DNA from: an uncultured bacterium
GTDB lineage: Bacteria > Chloroflexota > Limnocylindria > QHBO01
DNA length: 64,000 nucleotides
Assembly (NCBI GenBank): GCA_965652075.1
Contig: CBFGTN010000004.1
Coordinates: 6,775-70,774, forward strand
Direction: 5' to 3'
Part shown: piece after piece, positions 18,902 through 27,591 of the stretch
How positions within the stretch are numbered: position 1 is the stretch's first letter
How the letters are laid out: each line of letters opens with the position of its first letter
Translations under genes and position numbers: made by a program
Notes under the pieces: model-generated
Told to the model about the DNA's origin: nothing
The model's input: only the letters and a program-made list of their open reading frames with translations
The model's database searches: none

Positions 18902-20212
18902 GTGGCAACCCGCAGCAGAAGCGACGACCGACCGATGAACGACCACAACCAGCCCGACGATCCCGACCGGACCCAGCCGGTCGAGGTGCAGCGATACGGC
19001 CCACCGGTCCAGCGCGACCCGGCCGACACCCCATGGCAGGCGGCGCCCGCATGGTCGACGCGACCGCCCGAGACTGCGCCGCCGCCGGCGCGGACCAAAC
19101 GCGGCCTGGGCGCTGCGCCGATCATCGCGATCGCGGTCGTTGCGGGGCTGCTGTCCGGCGCGCTCTCCGCGTTCGGCGTGGCGACCCTGCTCGACGATGG
19201 CCCTGCCGGAGCGGTCACGGGCCAGAGCACCGATGCGAACACCGTCAGCGACGTCACGATCGACGAGTCGAGCGCGGTCATCCAGGCCGCCGACGCCGTC
19301 GCTCCAGCTGTCGTCACGATCGTCCGCACCAGCGGGAACGTCTTCGGCGACCAGACCGGATCGGGATCCGGCTTCATCTTCGACTCCGACGGCTACATCC
19401 TCACCAACCGACACGTCGTCGAGGGCGCGGACCAGCTGATGGTCGTCCTCAACGACGGCCGCCAGTTCGACGGCACCGTGTACGGGATCGACACCCTCAC
19501 CGACCTGGCGATCGTCACCATCGACGCCACCGACCTGCCCGTCGCGCCGATCGGCAGCTCCGCCGATCTGGAGCCCGGTCAGCTGGCGATCGCGATCGGC
19601 AACCCGTTGGGCACCTACCAGAACACGATCACGACGGGCGTCGTCTCCGGCCTCGGCCGCCAGATCCGCGCGTCGGACGCCTCGCAGACGAGCAGCGAGC
19701 AGCTGAACAACCTGATCCAGACCGATGCGGCCATCAATCCGGGCAACTCCGGCGGCCCGCTCGTCAACAGCGGCGGCCAGGTCATCGGGGTGAACACCGC
19801 CGTGAACACCGAGGCGCAGGGCATCGGCTTCTCGATCCCGATCGACGTCGCGAAGCCGATCATGCAGCAGGCGCTCGATGGCGCCGAGCTGGCTCGACCG
19901 TGGATCGGTGTCTACTACGTGCCGATCACCCCGGCGCTCCAGGAGCAGCAGGACCTTCCGGTTGACTACGGCGCGCTGATCACGACCCAGAACGGGTCAG
20001 CGATCTTCCCGGACAGCCCGGCCGACGCGGCCGGACTGCAGGACGGCGACATCATCGTCGCCATCGACGGCGACCAGATCGACCCGGGAGCGGACCTCTC
20101 ATCGCTCCTGCTCGACCACGCGCCGGGCGACACGATCACGCTCCGGATCCTGCGCGACAACTCGACGAGCGAGGTCGAAGTGACGCTCGGAGAGCTTCCC
20201 GACACCCGCTAG
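18902..20212 (+). CDS. HtrA/DegP-family serine protease with a C-terminal PDZ domain (PepD-like)
   Basis: Has a TM anchor, a catalytic His (LTNRHVV), an Asp, and the Ser motif GNSGGPL. The PDZ domain is at the C-terminus. An alternative start is the ATG at 18935. Confidence 0.85.
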   Translation: MATRSRSDDRPMNDHNQPDDPDRTQPVEVQRYGPPVQRDPADTPWQAAPAWSTRPPETAPPPARTKRGLGAAPIIAIAVVAGLLSGALSAFGVATLLDDGPAGAVTGQSTDANTVSDVTIDESSAVIQAADAVAPAVVTIVRTSGNVFGDQTGSGSGFIFDSDGYILTNRHVVEGADQLMVVLNDGRQFDGTVYGIDTLTDLAIVTIDATDLPVAPIGSSADLEPGQLAIAIGNPLGTYQNTITTGVVSGLGRQIRASDASQTSSEQLNNLIQTDAAINPGNSGGPLVNSGGQVIGVNTAVNTEAQGIGFSIPIDVAKPIMQQALDGAELARPWIGVYYVPITPALQEQQDLPVDYGALITTQNGSAIFPDSPADAAGLQDGDIIVAIDGDQIDPGADLSSLLLDHAPGDTITLRILRDNSTSEVEVTLGELPDTR

Positions 20213-20230
20213 CGCTCGGGGACTCCGCGA

Positions 20231-20614
20231 TCAGCCGAGGCGGCGCCGGAACAGCGCCGCCTCGACCGTGTCCAGCTCCCCGTCGAGCGGCGCCTCGGGC
20301 TTGCGCACCCGGACCTCGACCGCGTCGACGACCGCGGGGTCGGTTGCCGCGAGCACGGCCCGCGCGATCGCCCCGGCAAGGGCCTCGATGAGGTCGAACG
20401 ACGGCCCGGTGACGATGGCGCCGACGAGCTCGTGCACGGCCGAGTAGTCAACCGTGTCGGCGAGGGCATCGCTCTCGGCCGGTCGCGAGAGGTCGGCGTG
20501 CAGGACGACGTCGACCTCGAACGGCTGCGGCTCGACCTTCTCGTGCGCCAGGACGCCGTGGCGCGCGGAGAATCGCATGCCCAGCAGCGAGAGGCGGTCC
20601 GGAGCGTCGCTCAT
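20231..20614 (-). CDS. folB: Dihydroneopterin aldolase
   Basis: 127 aa (MSDAPDRLSLLGMRFSARHGVLAHEKVEPQPFEVDVVL...). The start overlaps the folP stop (ATGA). The longer tracked ORF is an R/G-rich artefact. Confidence 0.85.
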   Translation of the reverse strand: MSDAPDRLSLLGMRFSARHGVLAHEKVEPQPFEVDVVLHADLSRPAESDALADTVDYSAVHELVGAIVTGPSFDLIEALAGAIARAVLAATDPAVVDAVEVRVRKPEAPLDGELDTVEAALFRRRLG

Positions 20615-21462
20615 CGGCGCACGACCGCGTCGGCGATGCGGCGCGTCCGCGCGATGTGGGCGACGTCGTGAACGCGCACGATGTCCGCCCCGGCCGCGAC
20701 GGCCAGCGCCACGGTCGCGGCGGTCCCCTCGACACGGTCGTCCGCCGAGGCGCCGTCGAGCAGCTCGCCGATGAATCGCTTGCGGCTCGTTCCGATGAGC
20801 AGTGGCAGGCCGTCGAGCGCGGCCTTCAGCTCCGCGAGCCGATGCAGGATCTCGAGGTTCTCCGCGGTGCCCTTGCCGAAGCCGATGCCGGGGTCGACGA
20901 CGATCCGGTTCCGGTCGACACCACGCGCCACGGCGTCGTCGACCGCCGTCCTCAGCCACGAGACGACGGCGTCGAAGACGCCGTTCGGGTAGTCGATCTC
21001 CTCCTTGTTGTGCATGAGCACGAGGTACGTCCCGGCCTCGGCCGCGGCCGTCGCCGTGCCCGGATCGCGCGTCGCGGCCCACACGTCGTTGACCATCCGC
21101 GCCCCCGCGGCGATGGCTCGCGCAGCGACCGTGCCCTTCGAGGTGTCGATGCTGACGATCGCGCGGTCGCCGAGCGACGACGCGATCGCGGCGATCACCG
21201 GCACGGCGAGGGCCGCTTCGCGTTCGTCGTCGACCGTGGGGCGGTCGCCGTAGGCGTTCCGCGGCCGCGTCGATTCCGCGCCGACGTCGATGATCTCGGC
21301 ACCCGACGCGACGAAGCTCGCCGCCTGCTCAACGGCCGCAGATACGACCTCGTCGATGTCGCGGTCGGGGATCGCGAGACCGTCCCCGGAAAATGAGTCG
21401 GGCGTCACGTTCACGATGCCCATGACGTAGGTGCGTGCGCCCCACGTGAGATCCGGTGCCAT
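20611..21462 (-). CDS. folP: Dihydropteroate synthase
   Basis: Pterin-binding barrel motifs (IVNVTPDSFSDGG, DIIDVGAESTRP, DTSK, GIGFGK). Start trimmed to MAPDLTWGART.... Confidence 0.9.
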   Translation of the reverse strand: MAPDLTWGARTYVMGIVNVTPDSFSGDGLAIPDRDIDEVVSAAVEQAASFVASGAEIIDVGAESTRPRNAYGDRPTVDDEREAALAVPVIAAIASSLGDRAIVSIDTSKGTVAARAIAAGARMVNDVWAATRDPGTATAAAEAGTYLVLMHNKEEIDYPNGVFDAVVSWLRTAVDDAVARGVDRNRIVVDPGIGFGKGTAENLEILHRLAELKAALDGLPLLIGTSRKRFIGELLDGASADDRVEGTAATVALAVAAGADIVRVHDVAHIARTRRIADAVVRR

Positions 21463-22775
21463 CAGCTTTCCTCGGCCGTTCCGGCCAGCATGCCGCGAAT
21501 CGCGCCCACGAGGTAGAGGGAGCCGGCGACGACGACGGGGTCGGCGTCGGCCGCCATCGCCAGCGCGGCGCCCGGGTCGGACGCAGTCCGGCTCCGCTCC
21601 CCGGAGACACGTCGCCAGGCGCGCGCCAGCGATGCCGGCTCGCGGGCGCCGGGGTCCGCGACCCGGGTGAACACGAATCTCGGCTTCAGCGGCGCGAGCG
21701 CGCGCAGCGCGGCGTTCACTCGCTTCGTGCGCATCGCGCCGAAGATGATCGTCGGGCGGCGGAGGCCGAGGTCGTCGAGTGCCTCCGCGAGGGCGGCGGC
21801 GCCGGCCGGGTTGTGCGCGCCGTCCAGCAGGACCCTCCGCAGGCCGGCGGGCCGCCCGTCGAGCACCTCGAGGCGGCCGGGCCAGCGGGCGGCTGCAAAC
21901 CCGTGGCGAAGCTGCTCTTCTTCGACGCGGACGCCCCAGCGCTCGGCCAGCGCATCGATCACGCCGAGCGCCACCGCCGCGTTCTGGGCCTGGTGCCGGC
22001 CGAGCAGTCCGACGCGCAGCCCGTCGAGCCGCCGCGTCGGGGTCCGGGCGTCGACGACGATCCCATCCCATCCGGTCTCGCGCAGCGCGGCGCGGTACGG
22101 CTGCCGCGGACCGGCGCGCCGGAGCGGCACGCCGAGCGCCTGGGCGCGGGCGACGATCGGTCGAAGGCCGCGGCCACTGGCCCCCGTGACCGCCAGGTTG
22201 CCGGGCTTGATGATCGGGGCCTTCTCCCCGCCGATCGCGGTGAGCGTCGGCCCCAGGATCGCCTCGTGATCGAGCTGGACGTTCGTGATCGCCGCCACGC
22301 CGAGGTCGAGGACGTTCGTGGCGTCCAGGCGGCCGCCGAGCCCGACCTCGACGATCGCGAGGTCGACGTCCAGCCGCGCGAGCTCACCGATCGCGGCCGC
22401 GGTCAATGCCTCGAACTCGGTCGGCGGGCCGATCTCGGCCGCGACGCGGTCGATCGCCGGCAGCGCCCGCTCGACGGCGGCGGCGAACGCCCCCTCGCTC
22501 AGTGGGCGGCCGCCGACCGCGATCCGCTCGCGGTAGCTCACCAGGTGCGGCTTTGGCATCGTCCCGACCCGGAGGCCGGCGGCACCCAGGACCGAGGCCG
22601 TCATCGCGACGACCGAGCCCTTGCCATTCGTTCCCCCCACGAGCGCCCCGCGCAGGCCTCGCTCGGGATGACCCGTGACCTGCAGCAGGCGTTCGACGCG
22701 CTCGAGCCCGAGGCTGATGCCGAACCGGCCGCGCTCGGTGAGGGCCGCCACGGCCTCGGGGTAGGTGAGGGTCAA
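21462..22775 (-). CDS. folC: Bifunctional folylpolyglutamate synthase / dihydrofolate synthase
   Basis: P-loop GTNGKGS, a Mur-ligase-like fold and FolC motifs. It overlaps the folP start by 1 nt. Confidence 0.85.
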   Translation of the reverse strand: MTLTYPEAVAALTERGRFGISLGLERVERLLQVTGHPERGLRGALVGGTNGKGSVVAMTASVLGAAGLRVGTMPKPHLVSYRERIAVGGRPLSEGAFAAAVERALPAIDRVAAEIGPPTEFEALTAAAIGELARLDVDLAIVEVGLGGRLDATNVLDLGVAAITNVQLDHEAILGPTLTAIGGEKAPIIKPGNLAVTGASGRGLRPIVARAQALGVPLRRAGPRQPYRAALRETGWDGIVVDARTPTRRLDGLRVGLLGRHQAQNAAVALGVIDALAERWGVRVEEEQLRHGFAAARWPGRLEVLDGRPAGLRRVLLDGAHNPAGAAALAEALDDLGLRRPTIIFGAMRTKRVNAALRALAPLKPRFVFTRVADPGAREPASLARAWRRVSGERSRTASDPGAALAMAADADPVVVAGSLYLVGAIRGMLAGTAEES

Positions 22776-22779
22776 GCCG

Positions 22780-23337
22780 TCAGTCCGACGCGTCCTCGTA
22801 GAAGACGCAGTCGTTGAACTGGCCCGTCAGGCACAGGTCGTTGACGTAGCCCGAGTCCAGGTGCACGCCACCGCGCAGCTCGCACCGGGCCACCGTGCCC
22901 TCCTGCTTCATGAGCGTCCGCATCAGCTGCGGCGCCTGGATCGGGATGCGCCCCTTCGACCCGTGGGTCAGGTAGAAGTGCGGGCAGTGGTGGCGGCGCG
23001 GCTTCGTGTAGCCGAGGGGCACGCCGCGCCTGCCGACGTGGACCGCCATCGGCTCCGGGCTGCCCGCGTAGCGCTTCTCCGCGATGATGCAGCGCCCCGG
23101 CTCGCACTCCTTGTCGTTGTAGCAGCAGGCCCGGGCCGGACCGATGCCCTCCACCGCCCACAGCTCCCAGCACGGGCGACGCAGGATGAAGGCGGGGCAT
23201 CGGTAGCGGATCGTGAGGTCGCAGTTCTCGACCTCCCAGCACATCGTGCGGCGATCGCCGCCACGGCGATCGGGAGCGAACGGGTCCTCCGCCTGACGCC
23301 TGTCGGCGCCGCCGCGGCGCTCGGTCTTGATGATCAT
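22780..23337 (-). CDS. Cysteine-rich hypothetical protein (12 Cys, two C-W motifs, N-terminal DRR repeats)
   Basis: 185 aa with an atypical low-GC amino-acid composition (I, K, Y, F, N), which argues it is real coding sequence. Motifs include MCWEVENC, RCP, PCWELW, ACC, ECEPGRC, HHCPHF, and two ...DRR... repeats at the N-terminus. Its stop is 4 nt from the folC start, on the same strand. Confidence 0.6.
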   Translation of the reverse strand: MIIKTERRGGADRRQAEDPFAPDRRGGDRRTMCWEVENCDLTIRYRCPAFILRRPCWELWAVEGIGPARACCYNDKECEPGRCIIAEKRYAGSPEPMAVHVGRRGVPLGYTKPRRHHCPHFYLTHGSKGRIPIQAPQLMRTLMKQEGTVARCELRGGVHLDSGYVNDLCLTGQFNDCVFYEDASD

Positions 23338-23451
23338 GGGCGCTCGGGCAGCCTTCTCACGCGCCGGAGTGTAGCGGGTGCTCTCGGGCGCAGGCCGAAG
23401 GAAGAGGTGCGCGCCGTCACCGGGGCGCAGACGCAGGTCGGCAGATCCGGG

Positions 23452-23784
23452 TCAGGTCAGGAACTGGCTGAGCCGCTCCTCCATGACCTCCTGCGGCATG
23501 TAGCCGACCAGGCGGGCGGCCTCGCGGCCGTTCTCGAACAGGATGAGGGTGGGGATGCTGAAGATGCTGTAACGCATCGCCAGCTGCTGGTTGTCGTCGG
23601 TGTTGACCTTCGCGACGCTGAGCTTGTCCGCGTGCTTGTCGCCGATGCTCTCCACGACCGGTGAGACGAGTCGGCAGGGTCCGCACCACGCTGCCCAGAA
23701 GTCGACCAGCACCGGCTTCTCGGCGTTCAGAACCTCCGATTCGAAGGTCGACTCGTCGACCGTGATCGGGGCGACGGTTGCCAT
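23452..23784 (-). CDS. trxA: Thioredoxin
   Basis: Active site WCGPC and a classic thioredoxin fold sequence (FWAAWCGPCRLVSP...IPTLILF). Start trimmed to MATVAPITVD. Confidence 0.9.
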   Translation of the reverse strand: MATVAPITVDESTFESEVLNAEKPVLVDFWAAWCGPCRLVSPVVESIGDKHADKLSVAKVNTDDNQQLAMRYSIFSIPTLILFENGREAARLVGYMPQEVMEERLSQFLT

Positions 23785-23868
23785 CTCGGCTTGATCTGCC
23801 TCCAGCGTGGGTTTCGCAACTGGCGGCCATCCTAGCACCGCCCGTGCCGCGCGGACGGTGCCGGGGAC

Positions 23869-25476
23869 CTACGGCGTCGGAGTGGGCGTGGGCGACGGTG
23901 TCGGCGTCGGGGTCGGGGTCGGCGCGGGCGTCGGCGTCGGCGTCGGCGATGGCGTTGGCGACGGGGTCGGCCCGGTGCTGATCACGAGGTCGACCTGGGA
24001 GCCGGCCTCGACCTCCACCCCCTCCGCGGGGTTGCTGCGGATGACGGAGCCGTCCGGGACGGACTGGTCGGGCTCGCGGTCGATCGTCCCGACGCCCAGG
24101 TCGCGGCTCGCGAGGGTCTCGCGGGCCTGCTGCTCCGTCTGACCCCGCAGCCGCGGGACGGCGACCTCGCCGGGGCCGGTCGACACGAACGCCGTCAGCG
24201 TCGAGCCGTCCTCGACCTCCTGGCCGCTCGCCGGCTCGCAGCGGATGACCCTCCCCTCGTCGACGTCCTCGGACGACTCCTCCTCGGGATCGACCGTCAG
24301 CCCCAGCTCCCCGGCCTGCGATCGGAGCGTCGTCAGCGCCACGTCGTCGCAGCTCGGGACGGTGACGAGCGCGATCGACGGGCTCGGCGTAGCGGTCGGC
24401 CCGCTCAGGAGCTGGACGCCGAGGAAGCCGATCGCCCCGAGCAGGAGCACGCCAAGCAGCGCGAGGAGCCACATCCACCACGGCTGGCCCTGGTCGCGGC
24501 GACGGGTGGTCGGCGGCGGCATGACCGGCGCGCGATCGGCGGGCGTCGTGACCCGCGGCGGGACGTACACCGTCGGCTCGCCGGCGGCCGGCGTCGCAGC
24601 CGCGACGGTGCCGGCCGCCGCCCCTGCCCCGACGGGCGCGGCGTCCGGGTTCCGCCGCCAGGCACGCAGCGCCTCGGCCATCGCGCCGGCATCGGGGAAG
24701 CGGTCCGCGGGCTCGCGCGCGAGCGCGCGCATGACGATCGCCTCGAGGCCGGGCGGCTGTGGCCGGCCGATGGCGGTCGGCGTCGGCGGATCCTCGTTCA
24801 GGCGCTTGAGGGCGACGGCGGCGGCGGTGTCGGCCTCGAATGGGCGGCGCCCGGTCAGGAGCTGGTAGAGGACGATCCCGAGGGCGTACACGTCCGACGC
24901 GCCGGTCACCTCGTCGCCGCGTGCCTGCTCTGGGCTGAAGTAGTGGACCGACCCGAGCGTCGTGCCGGTCACGGTCATCGACGCCTCGCTGACGGCCCGG
25001 GCGATGCCGAAGTCGGTGACCTTCACATCGCCCGCATCGGTGATCAGGATGTTGCCGGGCTTCACGTCGCGGTGGACGATCCCCTTGCGATGGGCGACCT
25101 CGAGGGCGCTCGCCACGCCGATCGCGATCCGGACGGAGTCCTCGACCGACAGCGATCCGCGATCGGCGAGGATCGCGGAGAGGTCGCGGCCGGCGACGAG
25201 CTCCATGACGATGTACTGCTCGCCGTTCTCACCATCGGTCCCGTAGTCGTAGACCCCGACGATGTTCGGGTGCGAAAGGCCGCCGGCGGCGCGCGCCTCC
25301 TGCTTGAAGCGCGCGGCGAAGCCGGCATCGGCGCTGAACTGCGGGCGGAGGATCTTGACCGCCACCTCGCGATCGAGCTGCTCGTCGACCGCGCGCCAGA
25401 TCGTAGCCATGCCGCCCTCACCGAGGGGGGCGATGAGCCGATATCGGCCGCTGATCAGCCTGCCGATCATCTCCAC
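23869..25476 (-). CDS. Hanks-type Ser/Thr protein kinase with a TM segment and extracellular PASTA repeats (PknB-like)
   Basis: Kinase subdomains GEGGMATIWRA, VAVKIL, HRDVKPGNIL, DFGIA and SPEQ. These are followed by a TM helix, two PASTA-like modules, and a C-terminal (PTPS)n tail. Confidence 0.85.
   Translation of the reverse strand: MEMIGRLISGRYRLIAPLGEGGMATIWRAVDEQLDREVAVKILRPQFSADAGFAARFKQEARAAGGLSHPNIVGVYDYGTDGENGEQYIVMELVAGRDLSAILADRGSLSVEDSVRIAIGVASALEVAHRKGIVHRDVKPGNILITDAGDVKVTDFGIARAVSEASMTVTGTTLGSVHYFSPEQARGDEVTGASDVYALGIVLYQLLTGRRPFEADTAAAVALKRLNEDPPTPTAIGRPQPPGLEAIVMRALAREPADRFPDAGAMAEALRAWRRNPDAAPVGAGAAAGTVAAATPAAGEPTVYVPPRVTTPADRAPVMPPPTTRRRDQGQPWWMWLLALLGVLLLGAIGFLGVQLLSGPTATPSPSIALVTVPSCDDVALTTLRSQAGELGLTVDPEEESSEDVDEGRVIRCEPASGQEVEDGSTLTAFVSTGPGEVAVPRLRGQTEQQARETLASRDLGVGTIDREPDQSVPDGSVIRSNPAEGVEVEAGSQVDLVISTGPTPSPTPSPTPTPTPAPTPTPTPTPSPTPTPTP
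23872..23965. repeat. Coding hexanucleotide-type tandem repeat (GTCGGC-like) encoding the PTPSPTP tail of the kinase
   Basis: Periodic cggcgtcgg units, read directly. Confidence 0.4.
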
Positions 25477-25482
25477 GGTCGG

Positions 25483-26361
25483 TCAGTCTCGCAGGTCGAG
25501 TCCGCGGATGTAGGCGCGGACCTCCTCCGCGTCCTCCGACTCCAGCGCCACTGCGACGTTCGCCTTCAGCCAGCCGACCCGGGTCCCGGCGTCGTGCCGC
25601 GTCCCCTCGAACTGGTAGCCGAACACGGGCTGCTCCTGGATGAGGCCGCGGATCGCATCGGTCAGCTGGATCTCGCCGCCTGCGCCACGGCTCGTCTGCT
25701 CCAGGACGTCGAAGATCTTCGGCGTCAGCACGTAGCGGCCCAGCACCGCGAGGTCGGACGGGGCGTCCTCGACCGCGGGTTTCTCGACGAGGTTGCGGAT
25801 CTCGACCACGCGGCCGTCGTCGTGCAGGGGCTCGAGGATCCCGTAGCGAGTGACCTCCTCGCGCGCGACGCGCTGGACGGCGATGACCGAGCCGCGGTGG
25901 GTGTTGTAGGCATCGATGAGCTGGCGGATGACGGGCTGGCCACGCGGGTTCAGCATGACGTCGTCGCTGAGCAGGACGGCGAACGGCTCGTCGCCCACGA
26001 GGTCCTTCGCGACGAGCACCGCGTGGCCCAGACCGAGCTGCTCGCGCTGATGGACGAATGCGACGGTGCCGATCTCGCTGACGCGGCGGATCGTGCGCAG
26101 CATCTCGATGTCGCCGCGCTCCTCGAGCCAGCGCTCGAGGGCCGGGTTCGAGTCGAAGTGGTCCTCGATGGCACTCCGGCCGGTGGCGATGACGATGATG
26201 ATCTGCTCGATCCCGGATGCAACGGCCTCTTCGACGGCGTACTGGATGATCGGCCGGTCGACGAGCGGCATGACCTCTTTGGGGATCGCCTTGGTGGCTG
26301 GGAGGAAGCGTGTGCCGAAACCAGCGGCGGGCAGGACGGCCTTACGGACGCGCGCGGTGAT
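25483..26361 (-). CDS. galU: UTP–glucose-1-phosphate uridylyltransferase; 5' end extended to a putative non-canonical ATC start
   Basis: Conserved body (LGHAVLVA, LSDDVM, EKP, GRYVLTP). The essential N-terminal G-loop KAVLPAAGFGTRFLPATKAIPKE is in frame upstream of the first ATG (26271). No ATG, GTG or TTG lies between that loop and the upstream in-frame TGA. AAGGAG sits 6 nt before an in-frame ATC at 26361. Confidence 0.7.
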   Translation of the reverse strand: MTARVRKAVLPAAGFGTRFLPATKAIPKEVMPLVDRPIIQYAVEEAVASGIEQIIIVIATGRSAIEDHFDSNPALERWLEERGDIEMLRTIRRVSEIGTVAFVHQREQLGLGHAVLVAKDLVGDEPFAVLLSDDVMLNPRGQPVIRQLIDAYNTHRGSVIAVQRVAREEVTRYGILEPLHDDGRVVEIRNLVEKPAVEDAPSDLAVLGRYVLTPKIFDVLEQTSRGAGGEIQLTDAIRGLIQEQPVFGYQFEGTRHDAGTRVGWLKANVAVALESEDAEEVRAYIRGLDLRD

Positions 26362-26520
26362 GGCGGACTCCTTCGTAGCGTGATCTCGCGGGGGCGTGAC
26401 GCTGGCGCGCTCGGGTGGACCGCGGCGATGCCGCGCTCGGGGTCGTCACAGGGGACGCAAGTATACCCAACGGGCGTTTCACGGCCCGCGGCGGGGCCTG
26501 ACGGTACAATCGCGCGGCCG

Positions 26521-26967
26521 ATGCTGAGATCGCTCGTTCGAACCCTCCGCGGGCCGAGTCGCGACCCGAGGATGACCCACATCAGCCGCCCGCTTCCGCG
26601 CGACCTGCCGGACGAGGAGGTGCTCGAGGCGCTCGAGATCGCGCTCCGCGCCGACCCGCACCCGGAACGGCTCGTCGAGACCCTGCCGGCAGCGCTGAAG
26701 GAGGTCACCGGTCGCGACCTCCAGGTGCTCGACCGATCCGTCCGCGATGTCACCGGCGCATTCATGAAGGTGCAGGTCATGATCCGGGACGGCGACGTCG
26801 GCCGCTGGCCGGGCTATGACGCGATGTCGTACCCGCTCATTGCCCCGTCGGAGCGCGCGGAGGCGGTCCGTGCCGCCATCATCGCCGCCGATTCCGCCTC
26901 GTCCGACGAGGCGCCCGCCGGGCCGAAGCCCGGCTGGGAGCCGCCTCCGCCACCCGACCGCGGCTGA
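26521..26967 (+). CDS. Hypothetical protein
   Basis: Sense-looking composition (MTHISRPLPRDLPDEEVLEALEIALRADPHPERLVETLPAALKEV...). It is the 3' portion of a long tracked ORF whose 5' part is antisense to the kinase and galU. The start is either the ATG at 26521 or the one at 26572. Confidence 0.45.
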   Translation: MLRSLVRTLRGPSRDPRMTHISRPLPRDLPDEEVLEALEIALRADPHPERLVETLPAALKEVTGRDLQVLDRSVRDVTGAFMKVQVMIRDGDVGRWPGYDAMSYPLIAPSERAEAVRAAIIAADSASSDEAPAGPKPGWEPPPPPDRG

Positions 26968-27146
26968 TGGGCCGCCAGAACGTGCCGCGCGACCAGTGGC
27001 TCGAGCTCGGCTACGAGTGCCCGCGCTGCGGCGAGCAGCTGAACGAGTCCTTCGTCTACTCGTGGCGGCCGACGCCCGAGGAGCCGAAGCTGCTCCTGCT
27101 GTACTGCCCGAATTGCGGGGACAGGGTCGAGATCAACCACATCTAG
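26967..27146 (+). CDS. Small zinc-ribbon protein (59 aa; CPRCG...CPNCG)
   Basis: MGRQNVPRDQWLELGYECPRCGEQLNESFVYSWRPTPEEPKLLLLYCPNCGDRVEINHI. Two CxxC knuckles. The ATG overlaps the upstream stop (TGATG). It is below the 60-aa track cutoff. Confidence 0.45.
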   Translation: MGRQNVPRDQWLELGYECPRCGEQLNESFVYSWRPTPEEPKLLLLYCPNCGDRVEINHI

Positions 27147-27161
27147 GAACGTTGGCGGGCG

Positions 27162-27238
27162 TGGTGCCCCCAAGGGGATTCGAACCCCTGATCTCCACCT
27201 TGAAAGGGTGGCGTCCTAGGCCTCTAGACGATGGGGGC
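27162..27238 (-). tRNA. tRNA-Glu (anticodon TTC)
   Basis: The reverse complement reads GCCCCCATCGTCTAGAGGCCTAGGACGCCACCCTTTCAAGGTGGAGATCAGGGGTTCGAATCCCCTTGGGGGCACCA. Acceptor stem GCCCCCA/TGGGGGC, anticodon loop CTTTCAA, T-loop GGTTCGAATCC, encoded CCA. Confidence 0.85.
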
Positions 27239-27279
27239 GTGCCGGTCGATCCGCAGCGAATGCTACCAGCGCAGCACGC

Positions 27280-27591
27280 TCAGCCGAGGTAGAAGAGCAG
27301 GACGAGGATGATGAGCCCGGCGAGCGCGACCGCCGCGATGAGCGCCATCACGCCGCCTCCGATCGCGACGAGCACGGACTGCCCGCCCTGGCGACGGCGC
27401 GCCATGCGGCTGCCCCAGACCCATCCCTGGCTGTAGAGGAAGAGGCCGATGACGGTGGCGAGGATCGCGGCCGCCAGGAGCGCCAGGACCGAGAGGTCCG
27501 CGTCGCGCGGGTAGAGGGCGAGCGCCGCCAGGCCCCCGGCGATGATCAGGCCGACGATGCCGATGATGACGTTGCGCAGCAGCGGGTGCAC
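27280..27591 (-). CDS. Small multi-pass membrane protein (hypothetical)
   Basis: Three hydrophobic helices (VIIGIVGLIIAGGLAALALY, VLALLAAAILATVIGLFLY, VLVAIGGGVMALIAAVALAGLIILVLLFY). The 5' end is uncertain (tracked ORF to 27723; GTG at 27591 chosen). Confidence 0.4.
   Translation of the reverse strand: MHPLLRNVIIGIVGLIIAGGLAALALYPRDADLSVLALLAAAILATVIGLFLYSQGWVWGSRMARRRQGGQSVLVAIGGGVMALIAAVALAGLIILVLLFYLG

Noticed and set aside
20231-22071. The long N-terminal extensions of the tracked folB (283 aa) and folP (486 aa) ORFs
   Set aside because: The extensions are pure R/G/A/P artefact that overlaps the upstream gene in another frame. The ATGA-coupled internal starts give canonical FolB (127 aa) and FolP (283 aa) lengths.
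24943-26520. The 5' two-thirds of the 674-aa plus-strand ORF 24943-26967
   Set aside because: This part is antisense to the PASTA kinase and galU and is R/D/G-rich. Only the 3' portion, from about 26521, has sense-like composition; that portion is kept as a hypothetical CDS.
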